A program made the translations under genes and the position numbers. From assembly GCA_951406725.2 (NCBI GenBank), contig OX597829.1:40424001-40488000 (forward strand): 64,000 nt of DNA, given 5' to 3'. The DNA is from Octopus vulgaris. Lineage: Eukaryota. The number at the start of each line of letters is the position of its first letter. Within the stretch, counting starts at the first letter, position 1. This document shows, in pieces, positions 12,806 to 25,490 of this stretch. The notes under the pieces were generated by a model. It saw nothing but the letters and a program-made list of their open reading frames with translations, did not search any database and was not told where the DNA came from.

Positions 12806-12862
<57 letters not shown>

Positions 12863-13654
12863 CGTGATATAGAAATAAAAAGCTGTTGTTAACAAGATGA
12901 TTTGACCTTGCTATATATTTTATGGACCATTGAGGCCTGAAAGCTAAGTTAATCTTAGTGAAATTCCAACAGAGAAATATCCATGCTAGTAAACTAACAA
13001 TTATGTAAAATGGCTGGGTTTTTTTTATTTTACAATAGTTGTAAACTTGATAAAACATGAGAAATGGTACAAAAAAAACAAAACAAAGGAAAATAAAATA
13101 AGTACTATATGACAATGATAATACTGGAGATTTCATGAACCTGAAAAAAATATTTTAATACTGTCAAATTATATGGAATAGTAAAACAATTAGAATTTCC
13201 TGGTGGAAATCCAGAAACTAAAATAGAATTATGTAAAATATCTTTGATAAAATGTTTAGCAATTAAAAAAGAAAAAAAAAAAAAGCAGAAAATTTTTAGA
13301 GCATAATTATGCACCAGATAAAAGCAAGGTAACACATTTTTGTCCCAAAGATTATCCAAGATTTGGAATGTAGGAAAAATGTATTAAAAATAAATTGCAA
13401 GATGATGTAATACAAGAATATTGATAGCCTTCACCATACAAATTTAACAGTATGAGTATCAACATCTGCTAAGTTCCCTTGTAAGGTTCAAGATTGGACC
13501 TATCCACCCTGATCACAGCACGCACACACACACATACATCTCTATGTATGCAAACATTTGTATCTGATGCTGTAATAATTGTGTCAAATTACCACCTAAA
13601 ATTTATTTAAAGTTTGTTTATTTGTTTTTTTTTGTTAGTTTTTTTCTATTTTGA

Positions 13655-13657
<3 letters not shown>

Positions 13658-13714
<57 letters not shown>

Positions 13715-13740
13715 TACTACTACTACTACTACTACTATTA
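13658..13740. repeat. (TAT)n(TAC)n compound microsatellite
   Basis: Direct reading. Confidence 0.95.
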
Positions 13741-14011
13741 TGGAAGCAAGTTTTGCTTTTCTATGCCACTGATGATGATGATGATGTCCAAAAGAAAAGC
13801 AAAGCCAATACTGTTTGACGTTGGCATCACTTCCCTGAATTGGTTTCTCCGTTTATCAAACTTAAAATCAATAATAATCAGCATTTAACCATCATCGTTT
13901 AACATCCATTTTCCATACTGACATGGACTGGCACTTGGCCAGCAATTTCACTGAGCAAGTTTCATCAATTCCATTGGTTCCAGTACTCGACTGGTACTGG
14001 TTTATTATTTA

Positions 14012-14376
14012 CTAGCACTATGACCCGGCAACGCCAGATCATAGTCCTAGTGCATGCATATACAGCTGCGTGCGTGCGCACATACACGCGAGTACTGTCC
14101 AAATCTCCAACCAATCACATACAGCTAGCTGGCATTCAATTGACGTAATGAAGTTTCGGGCATTTTGATTGGGTTTTGGATAGAAAATTCACAAAAATGT
14201 CACTTCTGTTGATTTTTTTTAATGGCTTTGTGGGGTGACTGGGGAAATGTAAAGATGTGCACAACCACCCTTGGACAGTTTTGAATGACCATAGACAGTG
14301 CAAGCCCTCTAACTGAAAAATTGTGGATTTGTATAAAGGACACACACAGACAGACATTTTGCCGTTTATATATATA
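14012..14376 (-). mobile_element. Non-autonomous Helitron (second family)
   Basis: Minus-strand 3' CTAG with hairpin ctatga-cccggcaacgccaga-tcatag; 5' end tatatataaacggcaaaatgtctgtctgtgtg. Confidence 0.75.
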
Positions 14377-14773
14377 CTAGCAGTATCGCCCGGCGTTGCT
14401 CGGGTTTGTAAGGGAAATAACTATATAAGCATTTTTAGAGAGTTATAGCCAAAAAATAGGAAAAGAATGCATTAAAAATGGAAAAAAAATTAAGGTAAAT
14501 TTCTTTTTAAATCGTTGACACATCGTAGATATTTTTAGAGAGTTACTTCCCTTATATAATAGCGAAAAAAATGCATTAAAATGGAAAAATATGATGGTAA
14601 ATTTTTTAAAATCGTAGACTCATTGTAGACGCGCACTAATACCCAGAAGGGCTCGATATGACTCACGACTATAAGATACCCGGTTTTGGTTAAACTACAC
14701 TGCAAAATGTGGGAGTAGTTAGGAATCTAAATCGTAGGAGACAGACACACAACTTCACTTTTATATATAAAGA
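14377..14773 (-). mobile_element. Non-autonomous Helitron (short subfamily)
   Basis: Same termini as 6213-6729; copy at 54004. Confidence 0.9.
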
Positions 14774-14882
14774 TATAAGTCACGTAGTTATATACACATA
14801 CTTTGTTATATACACATTCTTAAAAGAAAATGTTATTTTGAATACAACATTTATAAAGAATAAAATATTTTTTTGGTTTTTC

Positions 14883-15858
14883 TTAACCCTTTCGTTACTA
14901 TATTTCTGACCAAAATACACCCCTTATGTGTTTCAATTATTTTCTAACGTAATCATAAATTTAGTCTGGTTTCATTAAACAACTATAACTTTTTTATTTA
15001 TCAATATATTAATGTGATTTTTGGAAGATAATTTAATGAAATGTCCTCAACCAATTCTATACTATAATTTTAGTCACAAAGTGACTCTAATTGCAGGTAG
15101 ATACAGGTAAATTCAACAATATATAAAATTATTAAAATTTTGTTCAAACATCGCTATAGAAAATGGGTTATTAGCTAATATTCAATTGGGTATACAACAA
15201 AATTTTATGATAGAATTTATTATTCTGGGTAACTTTCTGATACCCATAATAATATTTATGGCAAAATAGGTCTTAATTTCATTTAAGGTTGTGGGAACAA
15301 ACTATCCTTTCTTTCGTTTTGTTTACGTTTAGCGTAACGGTTCGTTTCTGCCGTAATGATTTTAAATAGGCTCATTCGAAAAAGTAAATAGAAATAGTTT
15401 AAGGCTTTACTCTTCTGGGAAAGTCTGTGGCTTGGTGCAGTTTCTTCAGAAAAATCACCGAAAGAAACAGTTTTTAAATTTTCACTCCATTCAGGTACCA
15501 ATTCGTTTTCTTTATCGCTGTCGGATTCACTGTTTTCACTTTAATAGCTGCCAACTTGCAAAGACAAAGGAGGAGAAGGGTGATAGCGTCAGTGAAACAA
15601 TTCGCTCCCTTTGTGTGTGTGTGTGTTTGCGTGTGGTGTAAACCAGACTAAGAAAAACATTTGACATACACACCAGAATGTGAGTTTTCTGTAAATTTTG
15701 CTTAATTGGAGTTTAAATTTTAAAAACTGGACCTGGCATGACCCAATGCATTCTACTCTTAAAAATGCTAGGTAAATTGTAATTGAAGAAATCCTATATT
15801 GTAGATTTCTATAACTTACAAAGGGAGGCAGATAAAATCTGCCTTTTATAATAAGATA
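14883..15858. mobile_element. Composite DNA-transposon remnant: piggyBac-like left end and Helitron/Helentron-like right end
   Basis: Starts TTAAccctttcgttac (as in the 28336 MITEs); ends aggcagataaaatctgccttttataataagaTA with a subterminal hairpin. Confidence 0.5.
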
Positions 15859-15993
15859 TATATATATATATAAATACCACAAAACATTTTATCTAGTTCT
15901 CTAAAAATACTGCCAATCCATCACCTTCAACTTATTGACTTCCAGATGGATCAAATACTAAATTTCATTCTATGTGCTATGATAGGTTTACAG

Positions 15994-16673
15994 CAGTGTT
16001 TCCCAACCTTTTTTCCCGGCGCCCCACTTTTTCATAGCAAAAGTTTTTACGCCCCACCTTTTCCCATGTCCACTCACATTTACAAGTACATGTGGGCCTA
16101 CTTACAATTGAAAAAAAATAAAAATTAAAAAATTGTATTCAAAATACAAAAAAATAGTTTGAGAATTGAAACAACAGGCACTGAAAGTGCATAACACCCA
16201 ATAAATCGATAAAATTATTACGATTTCTCATGTTTTTAAAAAATGTCAATTTATAAAGAATAAAGAAACACGTTTTTTCAGTTCAATTATTTGACGGTCA
16301 GCTCGACTAATTTAGTGAGAACCCTGTGCCTGATGCATAGAGCACAAGTTTTTAATTTGAGGAGACAACTTTGTTAATTTCAGTCGTAAATCGCCACGTT
16401 TTGTAATCTCAAGCTGGTTTCTCTTGGCTTCGAGCAAATTATCAACTGCACTAAAACCACATTCGACCAAATAAGACGAAGGGAAAGGAATCAGTAGCTC
16501 TCTCGCTGATGTAGAAATTTTAGGATATTTTCTTTCAACCTCGTCATATAGCCACATCTTTGTACCTTTCAATTTAAACAAATATTTTCACAGCCCACGT
16601 CTATGCCCCGCGCCCCACCTGAATTTTCTCAGGCCCCACCAGTGGGGCATACGCCCCACCTTGGGAATCACTG
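15994..16673 (-). mobile_element. Non-autonomous hAT (Buster/Charlie) element with transposase C-terminus
   Basis: TIRs cagtgtttcccaa/ttgggaatcactg; perfect 8-bp TSD gtttacag. Confidence 0.95.
16312..16581 (-). pseudogene. hAT-Buster transposase C-terminal dimerisation-domain fragment
   Basis: YPKIS...LLIPFPSSYLVECGFSAV...KRNQL...DLRLKLT...HQAQGSH. Confidence 0.9.
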
Positions 16674-16784
16674 GTTTACAGGATCAAAGTTGATCTACGA
16701 CTACATGCCAGCCTCACCTGTCTGGGAGAATCTGATGAAGCATAGGCTCAAACTCCCTTCCACTAGCTAAATATGTCTTTTATC

Positions 16785-17165
16785 CTCTGTTTCTGTGTTT
16801 GGGTGTGGCCATGCTAGAACACCACCTTCAAGGGTTTAGTTGAACAAATCAATTGCAATCATTTTTTATTTTTTATTTTTAAACTCTGGCACTTATTCCA
16901 TTCATCTGTTATGGTACAGGGATGTAAACAAACCAACACTGGTTGCCAAGTGATGGTAGGAGACAAATTACTAGCACAGAGACAGGCAGACAGACACACA
17001 CACACACACATACAACAGGCTTCTTTCTGTTTCTGTCTACTAAATCCACTCGAAGCTTTGGTCAACCCAGGACAATGGTAGAAGACACTTATCCAAGGTG
17101 TTGTGCAGCAGGACTGAACCCCAAACCATGTGGTTGGGAAGCAAACTTCTTAACCGCACAGCCAC
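16785..17165 (-). mobile_element. SINE family A
   Basis: Homology to 1985-2376. Confidence 0.85.
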
Positions 17166-17229
17166 ACTTGTGGTACTAGTGATGGTAATTGTAGTGGTGG
17201 TGGTTGTGATCATGGTGATGGTAGTATAA

Positions 17230-17698
17230 GGCGGCAAGCTGGCAGAAACGTTAGCACGCCGGGCGAAATGCTTAACAGTATTTCGTCTGCCGTTACGTTG
17301 TGAGTTCATATTCCGCTGAGGTCAACTTTGCCTTTCATCCTCTCGGGGTCAATAAATTAAGTACCTATTTCTTTACTACCCACAAGGGACTAAACACAGA
17401 GGGGACAAACACAGACAGACAAATGGATTAAGTCAATTATATCGACCCCAGTGTGTAACTGGTACTTATTTAATCGACCCCGAAAGGATGAAAAGCAAAG
17501 TCAACCTCGGCGGAATTTGAACTCAGAACGTAACGGCAAACGAAATACGGCTACGCATTTCACCCAGAGTGCTAATGATTCTGCCAGCTTGCCGCCATCA
17601 TAAATTATGTACTGGGGTCGATGTAATCGACTTAATACCTTTGTCTTTCCTTGTTTGTCCCCTCTATGTTTAGCCCCTTGTGGGTACTAAAGAAATAG
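17230..17698. mobile_element. SINE family C (+) interrupted by an antisense SINE C (17364-17597)
   Basis: + copy breaks at aagtacc, a full minus copy follows, then the + copy resumes and ends aaagaaata. Confidence 0.88.
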
Positions 17699-18540
17699 GT
17701 AGTGGTGGTGTTGGTAGTAGCACTGATAGAAGCACTGGTGATGTTAATAGGGGTTGTTGTTGTTGCAGATATGATAGGGTTTGAACCTATGGCCAACTAG
17801 TCACTGGGTGCAGCACTTTATTCACTGATAAAAGCATAGTTTTGATATCTGAGAAAACAAACACACCACAATACACTATCAATGCCACGCCTCCCCCCTC
17901 TCTACACCGCACTCACTCTGCACCCAACCAACTAATACAATAAGTATTTTCTTTGATTCAATAACCAATACTTACTTTAGCTTTCTGCTTTAAGCTCTGC
18001 TATCATCATCTAGCTAACTAACAATCCCGAGTCTTCAGCTATTATGAACCGACAACAGAAAGTACGAGCAGGCCTTTGTAATCTGACACTGATATGACAA
18101 TGAATGGAAGATTATCTAATTAAGATAAAGGAGCGGAGTGATTCTGTTTGTCCAAGAACAGCACAGTACTAATAACCCAGCAACTGGTACCGTGGTACCG
18201 CCTGGAACGAAGCAGTATTTGACGATAAAAGCCGCATAAAACAATATAACTGAGTTTGACATGAGAAATTCAACACTTGAAAATCTAGATAATTAATTTT
18301 TGGATCCATTTAGTATATTAACTTCATTCGGAAGACCTGCCTGTGTGTATACACTCAAGTGCGTGCACGCGCGCGCGAAAAATATTGGCATGCCCACATA
18401 TGAATGTAAACACAGACACATGTATACAAATGCAGTCACACACAATTACATATTGTTTCCATTCATTTTTTAATGAACTAAACGAGAAAAAGAGAAAACA
18501 TAAAAGTGCTCAACACCTCTTGTTTTTGATGGGTATAGAG

Positions 18541-19331
18541 CAGGGATGGGCAACTGTTCATCAACTGGGGGGCTTGCCTTGTATCATTTTCTAGTGGGAG
18601 AGATCCACATGATAAAACACATGCGCATGAAATATTCTTCTTAAGACTCCGCCGGTTACGACGACGAGGGTCCCAGCTGATACGATCAACAGAACAGCTT
18701 GCTCATGAAATTAACGTGCAAATGGCTGAGCATTCCACAGACACGTGTACCCTTAACGTAGTTCTCGGGGATAATCAGCGTGACACAGAGAGTGACAAGG
18801 CTGACCCTTTGAAATACAGGTACAACTCATTTTTGCCAGCTGAGTGGACTGGAGCAACGTGAAATAAAGTGTCTTGCTCAAGGCCACAACGCGTCGCCGG
18901 GAATCGAACTCACAACCTTACGATCATGAGCCGAATGCCCTAACCACTAAGCCACGCGCCCTCACCGCATGAAATATTAATTGCCCACTTTACACTGAAT
19001 TTTTTTGCAGTTCTTATTTGTATTAGTCTTAGTATGAAAGTTTACATTAAGCTGGCATATCTTTCATTATTTCCTAATGGTAATAATGATGATTACTAGT
19101 GCAAATAGATTATAGTTTAAAAAAAGAAAATTCATTGATATTTTATTAAAGAACAGATTTTATTATTCTGTATCTGTGAGATTTTTACGCATTCACATTC
19201 TTTACCATGTTTTCGATATTAAGTAGAATTTGAGGTATCGCCCTTCTTAGGTTATGCTGCAAATTAGTAACCTAGAGACTTGTTAGGGGCCACACAACAA
19301 CATGTCAAGGGCCACAGGTTACCCATGCATG
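18541..19331. mobile_element. Degenerate hAT-type MITE containing a nested SINE B
   Basis: cagggatgggcaac ... gggccacaggttacccatgcatg imperfect TIRs. Confidence 0.55.
18637..18965 (-). mobile_element. SINE family B variant
   Basis: tRNA-like head on the minus strand; TSD cgcatgaaatatt on both sides. Confidence 0.9.
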
Positions 19332-19652
19332 GTACCTTGGGAAAGTGTCTTCTACTATAGCCTTGGGCTGACCAAAGCCTTGTGAGTGGATTTGGTAGAC
19401 GGAAACTGAAAGAAGCCTGTCATATATATATGTATATATATGTATGTGTGTCTGTGTTTGTCCCCCCCAACATCGCTTGACAACCAATGCTGGTGTGTTT
19501 AAGACCCTGTAACTTAGCGGTTCAGCAGAAGAGGCCGATGGAATAAGTACTAGGCTTCCAAAGAATAAGTCCTGGGGTTGATTTGCTCGACTAAAGGCGG
19601 TGCTCCAGCATGGCCACAGTCAAACGACTGAAACAAGTAAAAGAGCAGAGAG
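19331..19652 (+). mobile_element. SINE family A lacking its head
   Basis: Homology to 2058-2376. Confidence 0.88.
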
Positions 19653-20477
19653 TATGAATAGAATTATGTTTCCTTAACTATTCAGTTAGTTTTTGGTCAA
19701 CCGTATATATATGAATGTGATGTATGGTAATGTTCATGTATAGTGCATGGTGTATGGCAGTGCTGGTGTGTGACGTATGGCAGTGTGTGGCATTCTGCTT
19801 CCAGTAATTATAATTATCAAACAGCTGTCCCTTTTGTAAGAAATATACAAGTTAGCTGCCACTACCTTGTAGTATTTCTCACTTGCCCAAAAGACATCCT
19901 CCTTTTGGTTCCTTTAAGCCTGTCTTCCTTTTTCCTACACTTTGCTTCCAGACACATTCACCATAGACTGTTCCCGTAGTTTTTCCTTTTCACACACACA
20001 CACACATAGACGCTTGCACATATACAAGCACATGTGTGCATACACGCACATGGCCGACAGCAATTTAACCAAGAAATTGGCCAACTTGAAATCAACATTT
20101 TTTCTTTCCTGTACTCCAGCATAATAAAGTGTATTAACGAGACAGAATACCGAGCTCTGTGGAGAGCAAGAGAGCAGTATGTCACGTCGTAGAGAAAATA
20201 ACACATAATTGAGATGAATAAGAACAACACATGATATCTGTCTGTGTTGGTATGGACAAAATAACAGTCTAAAACGTTGATTCCTTAGACTGCAACACAG
20301 TTTGAAGTACATTCTTAAAACCTTTCTCTTCATACATATCACTCATATGCCCTTTTGGAAAATCATGAATGCCACACATTCTCACTTCCTACTCATTATA
20401 TACACAGTTTCATAGAATAGAGAGCTACAATTAGTCCACCCTTTTTTTTTCTGAAAAAAACAAAAAAAAAAACAAGG

Positions 20478-20640
20478 TGCTGGTGTGGCTGTGTCGTAAG
20501 AAGCTTGCTTCCCAACCATATGGTTCTGGGTTCAGTCCCACTGCCTAGCACCTTGGGCAAGTGTCTTCTACACTAACCTTGGGCTGATCAAAGCTTTGTA
20601 AGTGGATTTGGTAGACGAAAACTGAAAGAAGTCCATTGTG
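20478..20640 (+). mobile_element. SINE family A 5' half (3' half at about 21365-21570)
   Basis: Homology; split at the internal TA microsatellite by later inserts. Confidence 0.8.
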
Positions 20641-20723
20641 TATATATATATATATATATATCATCACCATTATCGCTTAACATCTACCTTCCATGCTGGC
20701 ATGAGTGAGACCATATGTGTATA

Positions 20724-20766
<43 letters not shown>

Positions 20767-20857
20767 ACAATTTAACAAATAAAACATATGCATACATATA
20801 TGTACATACCTACATCTATATGTATATTTACATGCATATATATATATATATATATAT

Positions 20858-21002
20858 GAGTACAGGACACCACAAATAAACGTAGAACACAATGAGAAAC
20901 GAAAACATAAAAACAAACAAGGAAACAGACTTTTTTTAACAACGGAAAAACAGAGTACAAGACAAAAAATACAAGGAATATTCCCCTTCATCAGCTGCCC
21001 CT
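20858..21002 (-). mobile_element. (TA)n-anchored PLE-like short repeat (family H)
   Basis: Reverse-complement homology to 37870-38005 (ctga(t/a)gaaggggaa...tttcgtttctcattgtgttc). Confidence 0.6.
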
Positions 21003-22029
21003 TCAAAACACGCATTGAGTCGAACCAGGGCGTTTGATTTTTATCACTCTTGGCATATGGGCTTTTTGATTTTTCTCACTCTTGGTATATGTCCTCAAAT
21101 TGCACTGTTGTCAGATTAACACCCAAACACTCTGAAATGTTTGCATTAGAGCCTCTGACACGAATACCAATCAGTACAGCATGTCATTTCCAAATTTCTG
21201 GTTGAGTGAATTGCATCATGATGATGTTTTACTCACAGACAGCACCCAACTGGCCCTACTATACTATATAGTGGACGAAATCATAAACAAACAATGCACA
21301 TGCGCAAAATTAAAAATATAAAATGGTGACAATTTACTCATTGCATGTTATATATGTATATAGTTGTGTGTGTGTGTGTGTGTCTTTGTGTCTGTTTGTC
21401 ACCCTATCACCACTTGACCACTGGTGTTGGTGTGTTTACATCCCTGTATCTTAGCAGTTCAGCAAAAGAGACCAATACAGTAAGTACTAGGGTCAGTTTA
21501 TTCAACTAAAGCCCTTTGAGACAGTGCTTTAGCATGGACTCAATCAAAACATCTGAAACAAGTAAAAGAATAAACAAACAAACAGCGATATCTGGAGTTT
21601 ACCAAAGAGAGGTGTACACGTCACATAGACAAATTTACAATGAATATTCTTTATTTTTGTTCCTCCTCTATTTTCTCAAGTTCAGACTTTTGTATGGTGG
21701 TCAACTACGTGCCAGCATCATCACCACCACCACCACCACCGCTGCCGCCATCTGTATTTTTTTTTTGTTTCCATATATTGCTCAGACAGGATTGGTTGTG
21801 GCATTATTCTACTGACAGACGTCATTCCTGGTGGCCAAACATTACTTGTCTTTGTATAAGGTATACTTTTATTCCATAATGTCACACAAGCCATTGAGAT
21901 GCTTAACGTTTTGTTCGTGTGGAGCATAAAACAACTTGGTGACTTAAACATTGTCCCTGAGTGGTGCCAGTGCGAAGACATGTGGAGAAAAACACACACA
22001 CACGAGCAAACACACATGCATACACACAC

Positions 22030-22300
22030 ATTGATCAACTCAAGACAATAGTAGGGGACACTTGCCCAAGGTGCTATGCAATGAGACTGAACCCAGAACC
22101 AAGTGGTTTCAAAGTAAGCTTCCTTAACCACATAGCAGGTACAGAAGTGGTTGGGTTGTGTGATAAGAAGTTTGCTTCCCAGCCACATGACTCTGGGTTC
22201 AGTCCTGTTCATTGGCACTTTGGTACAAGTGTCTTCTTCTATATCCCTAGGCTGGCCAATTCTTTGTGAATGGATTTGATAAATGGAAACTGAAAGAAGC
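22030..22300. mobile_element. Two divergent SINE A 5' halves (minus 22030-22140, plus 22147-22300)
   Basis: Homology to the SINE A head on opposite strands. Confidence 0.75.
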
Positions 22301-22322
22301 ATGTGTGTGTGCATGTATGTGA

Positions 22323-22361
<39 letters not shown>

Positions 22362-22493
22362 GGTGCGAAACCCAGAGTAACCCCTTAGACCAGCCATAAC
22401 TATCTTTACTTAAATACTCTACTGCTCTATAACCTAGAGTGTGCTTCTCTTTTGGATTTATGATATACTTAGGGTATATATATATATATATAC

Positions 22494-23000
22494 CCATTGC
22501 AGTCCTCGATTCTTGTCGATAGATGTTGTCTTTGAAGGCGAAGTAGTTATTTTCCAAGATGAATTTTAGCCCTTCTATCACAAATTCTTTTTTGATGCGA
22601 TGTGGGAGTTCGTTGGCGTAATTCTCTAGCCAGAATTGAATTGCCTCTATTCCTAGGTTGTGGGGGATATTGGAATAGAGGTTGACTACATCGAAGAACA
22701 CTAGTAGGTTTTGTTTATTGTTTCAGGAGCATATCCAGGTCGTCCCTTATATAGCTTTTGACATGCTTGAGGAATGGTTTTAAGGAGGTCTCTAAAAAGT
22801 TACTTGGGTGGTGGGTTTCGCATGCGGGATTTGCTACTATAGGTCTCAATTCGTGGTCATTACAAGTAGGGACTTTGATTATCATGTCTGTGGCTTTCCT
22901 GCAATGTCTTCTTTCATTTCGTTGCAGCTGGGGGGGGGAGAGGGTAAACTCGAGCCCTTTGGAGAGTTTGTTGATTTGGTTTGCTGTTAGTTATTTTGTG
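22494..23000 (-). pseudogene. Penelope-like element reverse-transcriptase fragment (frameshifted)
   Basis: LRPIVANPACETH..SNFLE..LKPFLKHVKSYIRDDLDML then FDVVNLYSNIPHNLGIEAI...FILENNYFAF...YRQ..TAMG; truncated at (TA)n. Confidence 0.9.
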
Positions 23001-23774
23001 AGTTAAATTGATAGTTTTTTTTATCACTTTTGGCTCCTCGTGTCTGTTTGGTGCTATCTTGTGTACTGTATACGTCCAAAACCCTTCAGACTAGTGCTCC
23101 AGCATGACCGTAATCCAATAACTGAAACAGATAAAAAAGGTGGCTTATAAATAAATACCAGGTGGTGACTTGTTGCAGTCATTACAGCAGCATTTAGAGT
23201 TTGTAGCAGTATTTGTCCCAGTTTGCTGGACTCTGAGTTCAAACCCTGATGAGAACAGCTTTGCCTTTTGTCCTTTCAGTGGTGAATCTGAAGGCAGGGG
23301 GGGGGGTAAATGAAGTATCAATACTGCAGTCACTTCTTCTTCATGACATATGACATGTCTTGGAGCTTTTTCTAAACACGGCAGAGCACATCTTTTTGCA
23401 GATCAAACCACAAACAACTTCTTCCATTGAAGAGATGCCAATCTGCAAGATTGTCATTTTTTTTTTTTTTTTTTAAAAAGCTCCAATGTCATGATGACAC
23501 GGTGCCACATGTCATCATGACACCATTGTGGTACCATCAGAAGCTGAGGATCCCCAGGACAAAGAATGACATGTTAAACTACATTTGGTTTTATATTTGA
23601 AGAAGAGGGGAGAAAAAATTGTTACTCTGGTTGTCTTTTCTCCTTCTACAATTATGACCACCACCACTACCACCACCAACACCACTCAGTGCAGAGATGA
23701 TGTTGAACCCCCCCCATTTCCTCAGTGATCTCTACAGCCATAAACCTAATGGTACATGGTGTATATATGCTTAA

Positions 23775-23960
23775 GTGAAGGCATGTGGCTTAGCGGTTAG
23801 GGTGCTGGACTCATGATCGTAACATTATGGTTCAATTCCTAGACTGGGTGATACGTTGTATTCTTGAGCAAAACACTTCATTTTCATGTTGCAAAAATGG
23901 GTAACCCTATGAAGGACCAGTGTCCCACCATTGAACCGGCCCTATGAGCCTTTATGACCC
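23775..23960 (+). mobile_element. SINE family B variant, degenerate
   Basis: gtgaaggcatgtggcttagcggttagggtg...ggttcaattcc. Confidence 0.7.
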
Positions 23961-24776
23961 GCGAAGGGTATCTATTATCAATATGTGTTTACCATGACAC
24001 CATCTCCAGAGAAAGATTGTTTTAACTCATTAGTACTCCAACTTCTGAATCATCATCATCATCATCATCACCATCACCATCATCATTATCATCATCACCA
24101 CCATCATCATCATTGTTTTGGGCTTGCTTGTTATTTCTTTTCCTTCTTGCTAGCTTTGGTTGAATGAGATTTCTTGAAGCAATAGTTTGTGGTTGAATGC
24201 CCTTCCTAACATCAACCCTTACTCATTTTCAAGTAACGTGTTCTTTATTCCGTCGGCATTTGTACATCAAACTGTTGAGCTGAGGGGACATAGAGAAACA
24301 ATCCTTGCTGCCCAATAATAATAGGTGCCAAAATGAAGACATACGGAACCAATGACACACTTAGACATGCATGAACTCAAACACATGGACACAAACATGT
24401 ATGGTCCTTGCTGAGAGACCAAATCTGAAATTGTATCATTGAAAAGAGGACTTCTTAAACACATAGCCTTGACATATATTTCATTGTGGTATATCTTTAG
24501 GATTATACTGTGATTGTCAAGATCTGTCGTGTCACACGATATTTTCCTATGTTGCAGATCTAGGGAAAAAAATTTGAGATGCCATGATGTGGGATGGGAG
24601 GTGGGGGAAAGAGAAGAAGAAGAAGAAGAAAAAGAGGGAAAGGAGTTGCAGAGGGATGGAAAGGTCAGGGACTCAAAGCAAGAAAGTGTTGGCAGAGATA
24701 AAACTTTAAAAAAAAAAAAGGGGTGGAGAAAGAGGAAGAAGAGGTGATAATAGATAAGCAAAGAGAAGTGTGTGCA

Positions 24777-24819
<43 letters not shown>

Positions 24820-25048
24820 CCAGATTGAAAAATATCCAATGCTTCCTTATTGTTTAAATGCTCTAGTTTGTGATTTTAGAGAATTTGGCTGTTATTTCTT
24901 GCAGACTAGGTTGCTGCATAATGGTTCTTTTCTTTCACTCATGATGTGTGTATATTTATGTGTGCATATAAAACACTTTTGTTTTTTTGTTTTTTTTATT
25001 CAGTTTGTACATCTAAAAAGTGCATGCACTTATCAATGTGTGAATATA

Positions 25049-25085
<37 letters not shown>

Positions 25086-25431
25086 AAACACACACACACA
25101 TATATACATACGACTTCCTATATAATTTTAGATAGTGGGAGTGGGGGCAGGGAGAGGCTTGGGTAGATATGAAGAGGAGTGGTAAGAGGAAGCAGGGGAG
25201 GAACGAGGAGGGAGGAGAATAGCCGGAAACGGACCTGAAATCCACTATGAACGTCTTCTAATACCAGTTTAGGTGGTATTTACTTTGGTAAAGTTTAATG
25301 CCAGTCTAACCAGACATTGCATCAACACATTCCGACACTGGCACATACCACCACCACCACCACCACCGCCAACGCCATCACCGCCAACGCCACCTACTGA
25401 TGCTACCTTTTGTACATGCTTGTCTGTTTGC

Positions 25432-25490
<59 letters not shown>

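Noticed and set aside
16312-16581. Domesticated ZBED/SCAND3-like gene
   Set aside because: Only a C-terminal fragment, inside TIRs with an intact 8-bp TSD
21721-22701. 326-aa ORF as a real gene
   Set aside because: Chimera of 70 aa of PLE RT, microsatellite and SINE read-through
24267-24839. 190-aa minus-strand ORF
   Set aside because: Half is a purine-rich low-complexity tract; the rest is at best a very degraded LINE tail that I cannot assign
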